This document shows, piece after piece, positions 15,617-34,225 of a stretch of DNA of 64,000 nt. The first letter of the stretch is position 1, and each line of letters begins with the position of its first letter. The DNA lies in assembly GCF_009914755.1 (NCBI RefSeq), contig NC_060929.1. One strand, given 5' to 3'. The notes under the pieces were generated by a model. That model saw only the letters and a program-made list of their open reading frames with translations, had not been told where the DNA came from and did not search any database. A program made the position numbers and the translations under genes. Source of the DNA: the human T2T-CHM13v2.0 reference genome, Homo sapiens.

Positions 15617-16879
15617 ATTGATTAATCTACTGTGTATCTTTTTCTTATGAGAGGAGATACTTGAATTATTTTATAAGTAAATAAATAAATTCACAGTTGG
15701 GAGGTATTTACCATATTGTAGGATAATGTGTTCCAAATGTTGGTGATTTCAAGCCCAGTAATGTGGTTTTGATACCATTCCACTGACTTTCTGTTCCTAA
15801 CCAATCTGTGAAATTGTTGGTGTGTCAGGAATGCTTCAAGTCAGTGAAGGGACATTATGACAAAAAGGCAAAATTCTTATAAACACTGGAGGGACAGTCT
15901 TGAACTGGGCTGGGCCTGGCCAGGCAACCTTCCTCTTCATGAGCACTATGTTTAGAAGCAGGAGAATTGGAGTAGCAGGGTAGAAGCAAGGCCTCAAGCT
16001 GTACATCAGGATCTATAGTATGTCAATACATATTTTTTGGTGACCATCTGGGGATTAAATTAACATATTTAAAGTTCAAAAGGGAAGAGAAATTCATTAC
16101 CAGAAAGGGAGAGGTCATTTTTTTCCTGGATCACTCCCAAACATAAAATTGTGAACAGGATTTGTTGCAGTAAAAACCCAAAGGGATTGGTATTTTCCTT
16201 CAACAAAGCCAGCAGATGTTTTCATTCTTTTTAGAGCCAGCTCTCGGTTAATCAGCACTTGGTTGTTTGGTTTTCAGTTATTTAGTTTTGCTTCTCTTTT
16301 TCACGCCCTCAAGCCTGAAAATAACCTCTCTCTAGTCAGTATTTGAAAGATTCTACTGTTTGTTAGAATATCTACTACCAATTGGACAGAGCAAAATGAC
16401 AAATGAAAAGCAAATAAGGTTTACTTTCCTATTTAACAGCATTTTGGCCTCCTTCATTCACACCTTCTCATTTTTCCTCTTTACCATCATATTCTCCCAC
16501 CATCTCCTTCATGCCAGCATGTGGACAGGTCCTCGGAGTCTTACTGCCCTCCTGTCCTCTCCCCAACACACATAGCCTTCCCAGGAGAGCTCACAAGCAC
16601 TTCCTCCTCAGGTAGCATGACATGGGATAATTAGAAATTCAGGGCAGGTCAAAGAATTTCAAAATGCTGAATAACACTGCAGTGAATAACCACTGGAGAC
16701 CTAATTTACGGAAGTAACTTTCTGTTTTTCAATTTAAAGATTTTTTTTTTAATTTAGCAACAAACATAAGATTGCCATTTGGTTGTAGTATCAGATCAAA
16801 AACTCAGAGTGCCAAGGTCATTGGCCCCTGGATGCACACATCTTATAATCTATGGCTGCCATATAAGACAGAAGAAAGA

Positions 16880-17080
16880 AATGTGCGCTGTGCCTGCTGA
16901 ACCCTTTTATATCACTATTTTATTTAATTTTCTCAACAATATGCTTGGATCATCTCATGAGCTCTATTATACAGATGAAAAACTAAAATTTGAAGAGATT
17001 AAGTAGTCCAAGTTCATGCAGCTGGTAAGTGTCATCAGCTACCATTTAAGCTCAGGTCTGTCTGGCATCAAAGTTTGTAC
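16880..17080 (-). mobile_element. MIR
   Basis: acagatgaaaaactaaaatttgaagagattaagtagtccaagttcatgcagctggtaagt. Confidence 0.7.
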
Positions 17081-17290
17081 CATACCTTTACCTCCTAATT
17101 CAAGAGAGGACATACAACAATTTTCATTATAGTCCACCCTGATTTATTTGCAAGTATATTATCCTTTTTTCAGTGACTATGGATCTTAGGGGCCATCCAG
17201 TTTATAAGCTCTTAAAGTGATGATATCAGTGGTATCAGTTTTAAAAGGAAACTTGGAAAAAATACAGAAAAGTGAAATGTGTATGGGTGT

Positions 17291-17805
17291 TATATTAGTC
17301 AGGGTTCTCTAGAGGGACAGAACTAATAGGATAGACATACATATAAAGGGGAGTTTATTAAGGAGTATTGACTCACACAATCACAAGTAAGGTGCCACAA
17401 TAGGCCATCTGCAAGCTAAGGAGTAAGGAAGCCAGTCTGAGTCCCAAAACCTCAAAAGTAGGGAAGCCGACAGTGCAGCCTTCAGTCTGTGGTCGAAGTT
17501 TCGAGTCCCAAAGCTGAAGAACTTGGAGTCCAATGTTTGAGGGCAGGAGGGATCCAGCACAGGAGAAAGATGGAGGCCAGAAGACTCAGCCAGTGTAGTC
17601 TTTCCATGTTCTTCTGCCTGCTTTTATTCTGGCCTGGCTGGCAGCTGATTAGATTGTGCCCACCCAGAGTGAGGGTGAGTCTGCCTTTCCCAGTCCACTA
17701 ACTCAAATGTTAATCTCCTTTGGCAACACCCTCACAGACACACCCAGGAACAATACTTCGCATCCTGCAATCCAATCAAGTTGACACTTAATATTAACCA
17801 TCACA
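17291..17805 (-). mobile_element. MLT2A (ERVL) solo LTR
   Basis: Reverse strand begins tgtgatggttaatattaagtgtcaacttgattggattg. Exact 5-bp TSD ggtgt at 17286-17290 and 17806-17810. Confidence 0.92.
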
Positions 17806-18309
17806 GGTGTGTTTATGTTTGACTATTTGAGCTAATGTGAATATTGCCTGACATCCAGAAGTGAAAAAGCACTGGGGTTTTGTGGGGGTTTTTTTGTATT
17901 TTTTTTGTTTGTTTAGTTTTTTGTTTGCTGGCCTGAAGCATGGATAATTAGGAGCAGAATTTATGACTGAGCCCAGGGTCACAGATGTTGAGGGTAATAA
18001 CTATAATGATATCATGGAAAGTTAGAGATGAAAGGGATGTTAAAAACCAACTAGTTAACCCTATCATTTTGCAAATGGGAAACAGAGGACTAGACGTGTT
18101 GTGACTTGTGATGTCTGTCAGAACACCTTCTGAGTAATTAAGGGTTGAACTGAATCAGGAGGTTGAAGACAAGATCAATTCAATGAACTGCCCACGACTA
18201 CAAGGCTAAGCCATGCTCACTCAGCCTGGACCAGGTCTCCTTGTATTCTTGGTCATTTATTCCTTCATTTAGCAGTTTGCTTGCTTAAGATACCAGTGGT
18301 TGGGAGCAT

Positions 18310-18530
18310 ATGCTGCTTATCAGGCACTCTGATAAACAAGTTTATTTGGATTATCTCACTTAATCATCACCACAACTCAGTGAAGCAAGCAACATTATTA
18401 TTCTAATTTAACATGGGAGGACATTGATTCTTAGAAGGATTAGGTAACTTGACCAAGGTCAAAATTAAATAGCAGAGTCAGCAGTAAACCCAGGTGCATC
18501 GACCCTATCCAGAGCTCTGAATTCTTGCAG
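18310..18530 (-). mobile_element. MIR
   Basis: attatctcacttaatcatcaccacaactc...ttaggtaacttgaccaaggtca. Confidence 0.7.
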
Positions 18531-19721
18531 TATTTCATAAAGAGATGGAGGGTAAGCTATTATCACATAAATTTTTTTCCTGAAGAATTGAGATCTTCAA
18601 CAATATTCAAACAATACTGTTAAAATATTGTTTTAACAATATTAAAACAATGTCAGCAGTCTCCCCCGTAGCCCACAGAAAGTGGGAAAACCGCAGCCAG
18701 ATTCAGGTTCTCACAGCCCTCCACTCTGAGCTCTTCCCTCATGCCTTGGGCTACAGGTCCACATTTTTTATATCAAGATCTTAAATGCCTCACCCAGGCA
18801 AAGTAGCTTCCATGGACAGCCTCCGCTTTCACCCCTAAGACAATCTGAAATCATCCCCAGCTGATAATGATAAGTCCTTCCAAAAGGTCCAACCTCACCA
18901 CACAACAATGAAAAAAAAATTGATCTTTTACTGAAGACTCTGAAGAAAACCAGAGAATCATCCTCCACAGAGTAGAACTCATCACAATATCATGAAACAT
19001 TTTGATTCTTTCCTGACGGATTTCTCCTGCTTCTAGCTGATTCTTCTATTTTTTTCCCTTGCATATGTCTACCAACCTTTTCTAGTGGAGCAGTTCAACT
19101 CTGGCCTTGCCCAAAACCCCTTCAACTCCCCCACCAGCAACATGAAAGCCTAGTGGTTAGCTAAACAGTACTAAGCCTGTCTCCAGAGATTCAGTTCCTG
19201 TCACTACAAAAGCCTTACCTGGTCAACCCTTAAATCCACTGTTGTTGCACCAACAACCACTCTACATGTCTCACCCCTTTTCTAACCTCCTTTCTCTCTT
19301 CATGTTCTCCTCAAGGAAGAGGAAAAGGGGTCAAGGAAGTGATTCTGAACAAGAAATTCTTACAGCATCTCTTCCCCCACCATACTCTGCCCCTGCACAC
19401 ATGTACACACATACACACATGCAAACACACACACACACTTTCACTCCAGAGATATCTAGCCTTCAGAGAAATTTAAAGATGTTTCTCCTGCTAAGCACTT
19501 TTTTCAGTTGCCTGATCACAAATAAACTAGATTTTAATGTTAAAAACTAGAAAATGAAACAAAGCAAGAAAAATAATACCCTACATTCCAGAAACTGAAA
19601 AATTCTTGTAACAAAGAATAAGTCAAATCAGAAACTGAAAAATGCAGATAATAAAACACAACATAGCAGAATCTATGGAATATAATTAAAGCAATGCTGA
19701 GAGGAAATTTTATATTTATGT

Positions 19722-20106
19722 AGTTAAAAGGAAAAGTTTAGACAAAACAAATTTAACAGAGTTTATTTTAGCATTAAATGATTCATGAATCAGGAACACT
19801 CAAAACCGGAAGAGGTTGAGACAGCTCCACTGAACCTGCATGAGCTGCAGGCCTTTATAGGCTGAATTGAGAAGCAAAATAATCAAATTACTTGATTGGT
19901 TATAGCTCGGTATTTGTCTTATTTGGGTCTGATCCAGTGGAAAGTCCCTACTTAGAGGTCGGTTGGCAGTTTCTGACTGGTTAAGTGTAACTAGTGTAAC
20001 TTTCATTTTACTATGTACATGGGATTGGGTTTTGGTTTGTCTACATAGGAACCCCAGGCGCTGGCACCATCTCAGCCTAATGGCCTCCCAATTAATTGTT
20101 TTAACA
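19722..20106 (-). mobile_element. MER93-like ERV1 solo LTR inside an old L1M fragment
   Basis: Reverse strand begins tgttaaaacaattaattgggaggccattaggctgagatgg. Flanks resemble old L1 ORF2 (aaagcaatgctgagaggaaattttata). Confidence 0.75.
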
Positions 20107-20294
20107 ATATTAATAAATAAGAAAGAAGTAAGTACATAATTCAAAAATTTAGAAAATGAACTATCAAAGAAACCCAAGGAAAGACTAAGTGAAAATAAAA
20201 GCATGAGTCAATTAATTATAAAACCAAAAGTATTATAAAATCAATAAATAAAGCCAAGAACAAGAAAAACAATAAAAGAGAGCCCATTAGCTAG

Positions 20295-20296
<2 letters not shown>

Positions 20297-20332
<36 letters not shown>

Positions 20333-20341
20333 CTGAGACAG
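20297..20341 (-). mobile_element. Extremely 5'-truncated retroinsertion (Alu 3' terminus plus poly(A))
   Basis: T36 followed by ctgagacag, flanked by cccattagcta(g/a)tctt at 20283-20298 and 20343-20358. Confidence 0.7.
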
Positions 20342-20362
20342 CCCCATTAGCTAATCTTATCA

Positions 20363-20668
<306 letters not shown>

Positions 20669-21844
20669 GTCCTAGCCAGAGCAATCAGACAAGAGAAAGA
20701 AAGGAAAAGAAGTCAAATTATCTCTCTTTGTGGAGGTTATGGTTCTATATCTAGAAAACTCTGAAAACTCTGTCAAAAGGCTTCTGGAACTGATAAATGA
20801 CTTCAGTAAAGTTTTAGGATACAAAGTCAATGAGCAAAAATCAGTACTATTTCTAAACACCAATAACACTCAAGCTGAGGGCCAAAAAAAAAACATAATT
20901 CCATTTTCAATAGCCACACACAAAAAAATAATACCTCAGAACATATCTAACCAAGGAGATTAAAGATTTCCACATGGAGAACTGCAAAACACTGCTGAAA
21001 GAAATCATAAATGACATAAACAAATGGATAAATACTCCATGTTCGTGGTTTGGAAGAATCAATATCATTACAATAGTTATACAGCAATCTACAGATTCAA
21101 TGCTATTCCTATCAAGCTAACAAAGTCATTCTTCACAGAACTAGAAAACACTATTCTAAAATCCATATGAAACCAAAAAAAGAGCCCAAATAGCCAACAC
21201 AATCCCAAGCAAAAAGAACAAAGCTGGAGGCATCGTGCTACCTGACTTCAAACTATACTACTGGGCTACAGTAACCAAAACAGCATGGTACTGGTATAAA
21301 AACAGACACAGAGACCGATGGAACAGAATGGAGAACTCAGAAAGAAAGCGGCATACCTACAGCCATCTGATCTTCAACAAAGGCAACAAAAATAAGCAGT
21401 GGGGAAAGGACTCCCCATTCAATAAATGGTGCTAGGACAGTGACTAACCATATACAGAAGAATGAAATCAAACTTCTACATTTTACCATACACAAAAATT
21501 AACTCAAGATAGATTAAAGATTTAAATGTAAGATCTCAAACTATAAGAATCCTTGAAGAAAACCTAGAAAACACCATTCTGGACATTGGCCTTGGGAAAG
21601 AATTTATGACTAACTCCTCAAAAGCAATTGCAGCAAAAACAAAAATTGACAAGTGGGACCCAATTAAACTAAAAAGCTCCTCCACAGCAAAGTAAACTAT
21701 CAACAGAGTGAGCAGAAAACCTACAGAATGGGAGAAAATATTTGTAAACTAAGCATCGGACCAAGTCCTAATATCCAGAATCTATAAGGAACTTAAACAA
21801 TTGAATAAGCAAAAAATGAATAACCCCATTAAAAAATGGGCAAA

Positions 21845-22808
<964 letters not shown>

Positions 22809-23733
22809 TTAATAAAAAGTCAAGAAACAGCAGATGTTGGTGAGTCTGTGGAGAAAAGGGAATGTTTATACACTGTTGGTGGGAATGTAACTTAGTTCAT
22901 CCACTTGAAAAGCAGTTTGGAGATTTCTCAAAGAACTGAAAACAGAACCACCATTTGACACAGCAATTCCTTTACTGGGTATATATCCAAAGGAAAATAA
23001 ATTGTTCTACCAAAAAGACATATGCACTCATATGTTCATCACAGCACTATTCACAATAGCAAAGATGTGGCTCAATCTAGGTGCCTATCAATGGTGGATT
23101 AAAGAAAATGTGATACATATACACCACGGAATACTATGCAGTCATAAAAAAGAACTAACGCATGTTCTTTGCAGCAACATGGATGCAGCTACAGGCCATT
23201 ATCCTGAGTGAATTAACTCAGCAACAGAAAACCAAATACTGCATGTTCTCACTTATAAGCTGAGAGCTAAACATTGGATACTCATGGACGTAGACAGGGA
23301 CAATAGAAACTGGGGACTACTAAAGGTACAGGGTGGGGACAAAAGTTGAAAAACTGACTACTGGGTACAATGCTTGGTACCTGGGTAACGGTATGATTCA
23401 TACCCCAACCTCAGCATTACACACTATATCCAGGTAACAAACCTGGACATGCACCCCCTGAATCAAAAATAAAAGTTGAAAAAATAAAATAAAAATAAAG
23501 AACAAAATTAAGCAAGCAAAAATATATTCAAGAACAAATGAATGAAAAATAATCACACTACAAAGGCAATACAAAAAATAATAAACTCAGCCCCAGATAA
23601 GTAGAAATAAAAATCTGGATAAAATGTGTCATTTTTTAGAATTGACTCCCAAAGAAAGGGGAAAAAATCAAATAGGCTAATTTGTAAAAGAGAAATAGGA
23701 ATACATGTGAGCTACTCCCTAAAAACATCCTTT

Positions 23734-24036
<303 letters not shown>

Positions 24037-24367
24037 TTATTGTTATGTTTTTTTTTTTTTCCTATTCAGATGAGTTTAAATAGTATTGGGGTTATCTGTT
24101 CCACAATAGTTTCATAACACTTAGCTATAAAACCTAATTTGGACATCACATTCTTTAGGGAATCAAATTATGATTAAAGTAGCATTACAAATCAGTGCGA
24201 AGAAAAATTAAAATTATTTATGTAATGGTGTAAGGAGAACTGGGTAGTCACTTGAGAAAAAAAACATTCAGTCAATGCCTTGCTTGTTACATTAAAAATA
24301 TGTTTAAGAGAAATCAAAGATTTAAGTGTAAAAAATAAATAAAAATACCAAAATAAATTAAAAAATG

Positions 24368-24669
<302 letters not shown>

Positions 24670-24994
24670 TATAAAATGGTTTTATAATCTCAGAGCATTA
24701 ATTGCTTCACTATGACACAAAACCTAGAAAGTATTTTTAACTGAAAAATTAGAATACATAAAAGTCAAAATTTTCCTGTAAAAATATACCATAAACAAGA
24801 TGAATAGAAAAATTATTAACTAGGTAAAAATACTGGTAGAAACATAAAAAATGGCCAATTTTCTTAATATTAATATTTAAATATTTCCTAAAAATCAATT
24901 TTTAAAAATCCAAATACCCATCAGGAAAACAACTAAAGACACAGTTCCAAAGAAGCAAATACACATGGCTCTTAAGCACATAAAATACCATTCA

Positions 24995-25376
<382 letters not shown>

Positions 25377-25481
25377 TCATCTATCAGATTGGCTGTTGTG
25401 AGTTTGTGGGGAAATATGCAGTCTGTCATACACTTTTGGATGGAATGGTAAATTAGCACAATTTCTTTGGATGACAATTCA

Positions 25482-25830
<349 letters not shown>

Positions 25831-26552
25831 TTATGTTTAGACATGTGAAATTGATACTGACAGTTGATTTTAATAGGAAAACCTGGGAATAATCTAGATA
25901 CCCATCATGAGGGAACTAGTTCAATAAAACATGGAACATCCAACTTTGGAATACCATGTAACCATTAAAAGAGAAGAAGGTCCCCTAATCTGTCAGACGT
26001 AGAATAAGCTCTGAAGTATGTTGTGTTAAGTGGGAAAAGTAAAGAGGAGTAAGACGTGTAACATGCTGCACTTTGGTGGGTTTTTCTAAACCCACAAATA
26101 TAAAACTAACATATTGAATAAGAATGACTCATGGAGTGAAATCACAAAGCAACTTTATTTTGTGTCCCATTGACCCACTAAAATATACTCAGTGGGGAAG
26201 TTCTCCCGATTCTGAATGAAAATTCAGAAAGTTTTATAACTTTTCTAATCACTTGAGAAATACACACTTTTATATCACTTTAGATCACCGACTTCATCTC
26301 AATTAAGAAATTAAAATGCCCAGTCTCATGTCATAGTCAAACCTGCCAACTCAAAGTTATTCTTACACTCCTCCCCCAGGTAAGGCTTGCTTTTTCTAGC
26401 TGGACATTTCTGCTAGTCGTTTCTCACCATTCCAGGGTGAAATGACAAGAAGTAAGAGAGCCTGAAAGTAAGAACTTGACTCTACTGTCTTAAGATAGCT
26501 TTACACTCTGTAGGTATGACAAGTATTTAAAGCTTACATTTTAACTTAGTGG

Positions 26553-26666
26553 CAGGATGACCAACTTACCCCGGGTTTCCCAGGACTTTCTTGGTTTTAA
26601 AACTGAAAGTCTCATGTCTCTGAAACACCCTAAGATCTGGGCAATACAGGATGGCTGGTCTTCCTA
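26553..26666. mobile_element. MER81/MER94-like hAT-Blackjack MITE
   Basis: Degenerate TIRs caggatgacca...tggtcttccta, ~114 bp, with internal ggttttaaaactgaaagtc. Confidence 0.65.
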
Positions 26667-26869
26667 CTCAAGGAACACTGTTATTGCCTTTTGGAGGCAT
26701 CTCCCTCACCGATGGAGATATCTCACCTGCATTCCCCTGATGCATACAATGATGTACTCTTAGGAGCACTCTGCCATTCTTCCTCCTGGGAAACTTGCAG
26801 TTCACCCTCATCTTTTAACTGCTAAAGTCTCGTGCCCATCTGCATCGACTATCGTGCATATGCATGACT

Positions 26870-27521
<652 letters not shown>

Positions 27522-29006
27522 CTCACAAAACTTTCTCTCTCTCTCTCTCTCTATCTCTATCTGTCTCCCCTGCATGGCTCACATCTGCTGCAGGAAAATC
27601 ACTCACACATATTTTGCCTTGACAAACTCTGAGCATGCAAACCCAACCCACATGGCCCACACTCCCATTGCTTCACTATCAGTAGCCAGTCCAACTGTTG
27701 CCCCTGGTTCTCAGGCGAAAGTGAAACACTGTTCCTGGTGTCTGCCACTCAGCAAGGCCACAAATCAAACTCTCAAAAGTACTGCTATGGAAGGCTCTTC
27801 TCTCTAGGCCTGATGTTGGTGGGAAATGCAACATACAGCACAGTTTTATCCGAAGAAATTATCTTCACAATCATAGCTCTATTTCAGTTTATTTTTTGCC
27901 AACAGCCTACCATTGCATATCCTCAGTCTGGCTAAGAAATTTAAGGCTCATGAGACTGGTTTCTGAGTGTTTCCATTGAAGATTTCTATTTTTATACGGC
28001 ACTCACGTTGGTATCTGAATATCTAATATCTGTCATCTTAGAGTTTTAGCTGAAAGTGTCAGCTTAGTATCTTATTTCTATGCTTACATATGCATAGAAT
28101 AGCACTGGAAAGACTATGAAAAATAGCAATTGCTTCCAGAGTGGGGAAGTAACTGGCAGAGAAAGTAAAGGAAGAAGACTCACTTTTCACATTTTACAAT
28201 CTTGTATCATTTGAATTTACACACTGTGCATATATTACCTGTGAAAACACTGAAGTGAGTTAATGTTTCTAAAAAGGGAAAGGTAGAATACTCATGATTA
28301 AACCTGTATAAATATAATTGCCAAATTTTGATAAAAATACCCACTAAATTAATAATAATTAATAAATGTGCTTCCATGCAGGAATAGACAGATGAATCAA
28401 TAAAATGGAATAAATACAAAGTACCAAAACAAGCCTTAGGTTACATACAAACTTACTGTTCGATAAGGTGCACCTCAAATCAACAGGGCAAGATGGATTA
28501 TTTAGTAAGTGGTGCCTAAGCAATAGGCCAGCCATTTGGATAAACTTAAAATGCGGTTTATGGCTCACTCATAAACCAAACTAATTTCAAATTGATCAAA
28601 AATTTTAATGAAAGAAATAAAATCATAATAGTAGTAGATAAAAATACAACTGAAAGTATTACAATCTTAACGTGGGCAAGGACAAGTATGATACAAATAG
28701 AGAGGCTATAAAGGAGAAGTGAGGTAATTACATAAAAATGAAAACCTTCAAAATGTCCCAAAATATAAATAATGAAAACAAATAAAAAGATCACGCACAC
28801 ATAATCTATAAGACTATATACAATAATGTTAACAGTAGTTTATGTTTTCATGGTAGTATTACACATGATTATAATTTTTTTATTTCCTTGTTTTTTCTTG
28901 AAACTAATATGCAATATTTAGCAACAAACTTATTTTAAATTACATCGAAAGTAATGAGCGATGCAACAGCCAAAAGACTCACTGTAGAAACAGTATTTTC
29001 CAGTAA

Positions 29007-29399
<393 letters not shown>

Positions 29400-30199
29400 T
29401 AGAGCTTGCCGTTTCTCATAATGGAGAAAGGGCTGAAGCTTGAATCCTTTTATGTGCTTACTTTCTTTGAGCTGATGTTAATAGAATGATGTCCACAATA
29501 ACATAGGAGACAGGATCTGTTGATGAATCCGAAATTGGAAGCTCTGGTATAAGCACCTCCCAACAGAATGCTATTGTGGAGGGTGTATGCACTCTAATTG
29601 ACTTATTCTTTCACACGCAGGTTCCGTTTTTCTTATTCCAGCCTTATAGAAGAGGACAAGGGAGATATTTTAGCTAGAAAGTCAGAAAAGGAGAAATGAT
29701 GATTCCTCTACCTTAAGAAGTCAGCATTTCCAGTATTCAGAAATTCTAACAAATACTATATTCACAACAGAAAAGTAACCTATGTGATAAAGTACTAATA
29801 AGGACGACAAAACAGATATGAACATGCTACATTAATCGCAGTGACAGTGACATTTACTGAGTGCCTATTATGTGCCAGCTGCTGTGCTGTATGATTTATA
29901 AACATTATCCTTAGCCAGAAGTAGTTTCTTAAAAAACAAACTTCTTTACTAATTACTTTTCAAAAAGTTAATTCCATAAAAATTAGATTTGGGGCCTGTC
30001 CATCACATTATCCTGAAAATTAGTGCTATTGAGTACAAACATAAATAATTACTAAGGTCCTAATACCAATTATAACTTCCCTAAGGAATTTTCGGGCTAT
30101 AAATGAAGCTCTTTGGGACTATGTAGTTTTCCATAGTGAAAACAAAGTTTATAGCGAAAACAAACGGGTCAAACACGTAGATTCCTACAAGGGGCTGGG

Positions 30200-30261
30200 A
30201 GATGATGATGGTGATGGTGATGATGATGATGATGATGGTGATGCTGACAATAATGATGATG
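30200..30261. repeat. Imperfect (GAT)n microsatellite, followed by a MIR to ~30490
   Basis: Directly visible; MIR-like text follows. Confidence 0.85.
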
Positions 30262-30491
30262 CTAGCTAGTACTTAAGGAACCCTCACTGTATGTCAAACA
30301 CTCTTCCCAGTGTTTTACATGTATGAATTAATTTGATCTACCCAACAACTCTATGAGGAGTTACAACTATTAACTGTTTTAAGAAAATGGAACTGAAACA
30401 TAAAGAAATGTTAAGACTTATCCAAGATCATGCAACTAGCAAACGACAATACTGGTAATTGAATGCAGACAACCTGACTCTAGAGTTCTTA

Positions 30492-30877
<386 letters not shown>

Positions 30878-31299
30878 TTATCAGATTTTTAGAAATAGGT
30901 CTGCCTCCTTTTACTAGCATATCAAAATGAATAACTGAAACAATATTTGGACAAAATTACCCCTCACTCAAATACGGAATTAAACAAAACTTGAAGAGGG
31001 GGTGCCTAAGTTGCTGAGGTAATTGCCTTGGGGTTTTTTTAGCCTCTGCTAGAGGACACTGACCTAGAAGGCCGCATTCTCTTGAGTGCCTGCTTTCTCT
31101 GTGACTTTAGGGCCAGGTTTTCACTTTATGTCATTGTTCTTACCCTGGGAAAGCTAGTTTGCCTCTTGTCTAAATCAGTAAGGCAGTGACTGAAATGACA
31201 GCATTGTAGAAATATAGAAAATACACACTAGTATACAGAGTAGAAATATGAATTTTCTACACACCCATATGTTGTCTCCTAAAACACAGTTGAGTCCAT

Positions 31300-31545
31300 G
31301 TCATGTAATGATTAAGGACATGGACTCTGCAAGGTAGATAGAACTGGCTTTGAATGGTGGCCCTCAACTTATTAGCTTGAGACCTTGAGGAAGTGACTTA
31401 ACCTCCCAAAGCCCCAGTTTTCCCATCTTCAAGATCGGGATAATACATACCTACTTCACAGAGTTGTTAAGAGGGCCAGATGAGGTAACATATCTAGTTT
31501 AGTTACTAGAGCAGAGTAAGTGCCATCATTGTTGGCTGCTGTTAT
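31300..31545 (+). mobile_element. MIR
   Basis: gaccttgaggaagtgacttaacctcccaaagccccagttttcccatc...acctacttcacagagttgtt. Confidence 0.75.
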
Positions 31546-31668
31546 TTGCATCATCGTCACCTTCAATACCTTCATTATAATTAGCCAACACCTACTCTGT
31601 TGTCAGCATTCTTCCACATTCAAAGTGATTTCCAGTGTGGCTGTCTTCCTTGCTTTTCATTATTAACT

Positions 31669-31978
31669 AGAGTTGGCCCTCAGTATCCAGGGGACGGGAT
31701 TGGTTCCGGGATCCTCTCAGATACCAAAACCTGGGACGCTCAAGTCTGTGATATAAATTGGCATAGTGTTTGCATCAAACCTATCCACATTCCTCCCTTA
31801 TACTTTAAATCATCTCTAGATAACTTATAATATCTAATACAGTATAACTGCTATGTAAACAGCTGTTACACTATATTGGCTTTTTGTTTGCACTTTTATT
31901 GTTGTATTTTTTTTCTTGAATATTTCGACCCACTGTTGATCAAAATCCTCTAAATTTGTGTATGGAGGGCCAAGTATA
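31669..31978 (+). mobile_element. MER2 (TcMar-Tigger) DNA transposon
   Basis: TIR-like ends gttggccctcagtatc / gtatggagggccaa; internal tatactttaaatcatctctagataacttataatatctaataca. Confidence 0.85.
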
Positions 31979-32913
31979 AAGATAATGAGAGGTCAAGATG
32001 CAAAACAAAGCGTCTCATCAAGCTATTGAATTTTCCATCTAAAGCACCTTGTAAATCTAAGGGAACAAAGAAAGGAGAAACAAGACAAGATGATAATGAG
32101 GAAAGTCCATCCCACAGAGGATCTTGTGGCCCAACATCTTGCAATAAATGCAAAGCACATAAAATGGAATGTCCCCTTATGTCACAACGAAAAACTGTAA
32201 CATAAATACTTTTGTCAGTTGGTTTTATTCTACAGATGTTTTTGAGAATTTGTTGTTGAAACAGCCAATTCACTCCTGAATTAAAAAAAAAAAAAACTTT
32301 TGGCAATACTCAAAGTGTCAACTAATTAGATCCAAATTACAGCTGAACATTTTGAAATATATGCATCACCCACGTGAATACTGATTGAATTTATTATAAA
32401 TAGAATTTCAATTGCTGTGAAAGAAGGATACAATGGCATGGGAGTAAACTAATTTGTGAGCTTTTATTAAACACCTTATTAAGAGCTCCCCTCACAAGGG
32501 ACAGTAAACAATGGATTAAATGACGGTTATTCCAATGCTGTGCTCAGGGAAGGCACTCTGTGTTGAGTCACAAAACCACTGGAGGTTTTCTTTCATATGG
32601 AACTTGATTCTAATCCTATCTTGGCTACTAAATTTGTAAAGCTTAAAAGTTGCTTATCCTTTTTATAAACTGGGCCCCCAACCTGTCGGCCTAATTCTCT
32701 CTGCAAACTTCTTTAAAACTGAATGTGACTGATTTGACGTGATGTCACCAATTTTCGTTCATGGTAGCCACAGTTTTTCCTTTGACCTCAAAGGGAGATT
32801 TCACCCAGTTGAGCTACCCGCTCGCTTTGTAGATGGTCAGTAACCAGAGCCTTGATTTGACCTTTTGGGATTTCAGTTTCTGTCTTTGAACAATATGAAC
32901 TTTCAGTGAGTCA

Positions 32914-33298
<385 letters not shown>

Positions 33299-33486
33299 TG
33301 TAAACAACCAAACAGACATATCTGTCTGTTCATTATAAGGAAGAACTCTATAACTTTTAAAACCAGCCAGCAGTGAATCTACCTGTTCTGTTAGGTAGTG
33401 AATGCCCCATCACTGGACTCTCCCAGCCCAAGACCATTAAACTACCTGCAAAAGGTTTGAAGAAGAGGCTTTGGTATAGACTGGTA

Positions 33487-34225
33487 TGCTTATTAATTTC
33501 CTAGGGCTGCTGTAACAAAATACCACAAACTCGGTGGCTTAAAACAACAGAAATGTATTGCATTACAGTTCTAGAAGTCCAGAATTGGCAGAGCCATGAT
33601 CCCTCTGAAGGTTCTAGGAAAGAATCCTTCCCTGCCACTTCCTAGTTGCTGGCAGTCCTAGAAATGCTGGGCATTGGCCGGGCGCAGTGGCTCACGCCTG
33701 TAATCCCAGCACTTTGGGAGGCCGAGGCGGGCAGATCACGAGGTCAGGAGATCGAGACCATCCTGGCTAACGCGGTGAAACCCCATCTCTACTAAAAATA
33801 CAAAAAAATTAGCTGGGCGTGGTGGCGGGTGCCTGTAGTTCCAACTACTCGGGAGGCTGAGGCAGGAGAATGGAGTGAACCTGGGAGGCAGATCTTGCAG
33901 TGAGCCGAGATCGCACCACTGCCCAGCGTGGGAGACAGAGCGAGACTCCCTCTCAAAAAAAAAAAAAAAGAAAAGAAATGCTGGGCATTCTTGGCTGGTA
34001 GCTGTTTCACTCCAATCTCTGCTTCTGTCTTTATGTGGCCTTCTTCCCTCTGTGTGTGTGTGTCTCCAAATCTGTCAGTCCTTATAAATACACCCGGGAT
34101 TGGTTTAGGGCCCATCCTAATCCAGTATGACTCCATTTTAACTTGATTACATCTGCAAAGACCCAATTTTTAAATGAAATCACATTCATAGGTATCAGGG
34201 GTTAGGACTTCAACATACCGCGGGA
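33487..34225 (-). mobile_element. MLT1C/D-type MaLR LTR interrupted by AluY
   Basis: tttcctagggctgctgtaacaaaataccacaaactcggtggcttaaaacaacagaaat...gggttaggacttcaacata. Confidence 0.85.
33676..33974 (+). mobile_element. AluY
   Basis: CpG-rich, gagatcgagaccatcctggctaac; TSD agaaatgctgggcatt. Confidence 0.95.
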
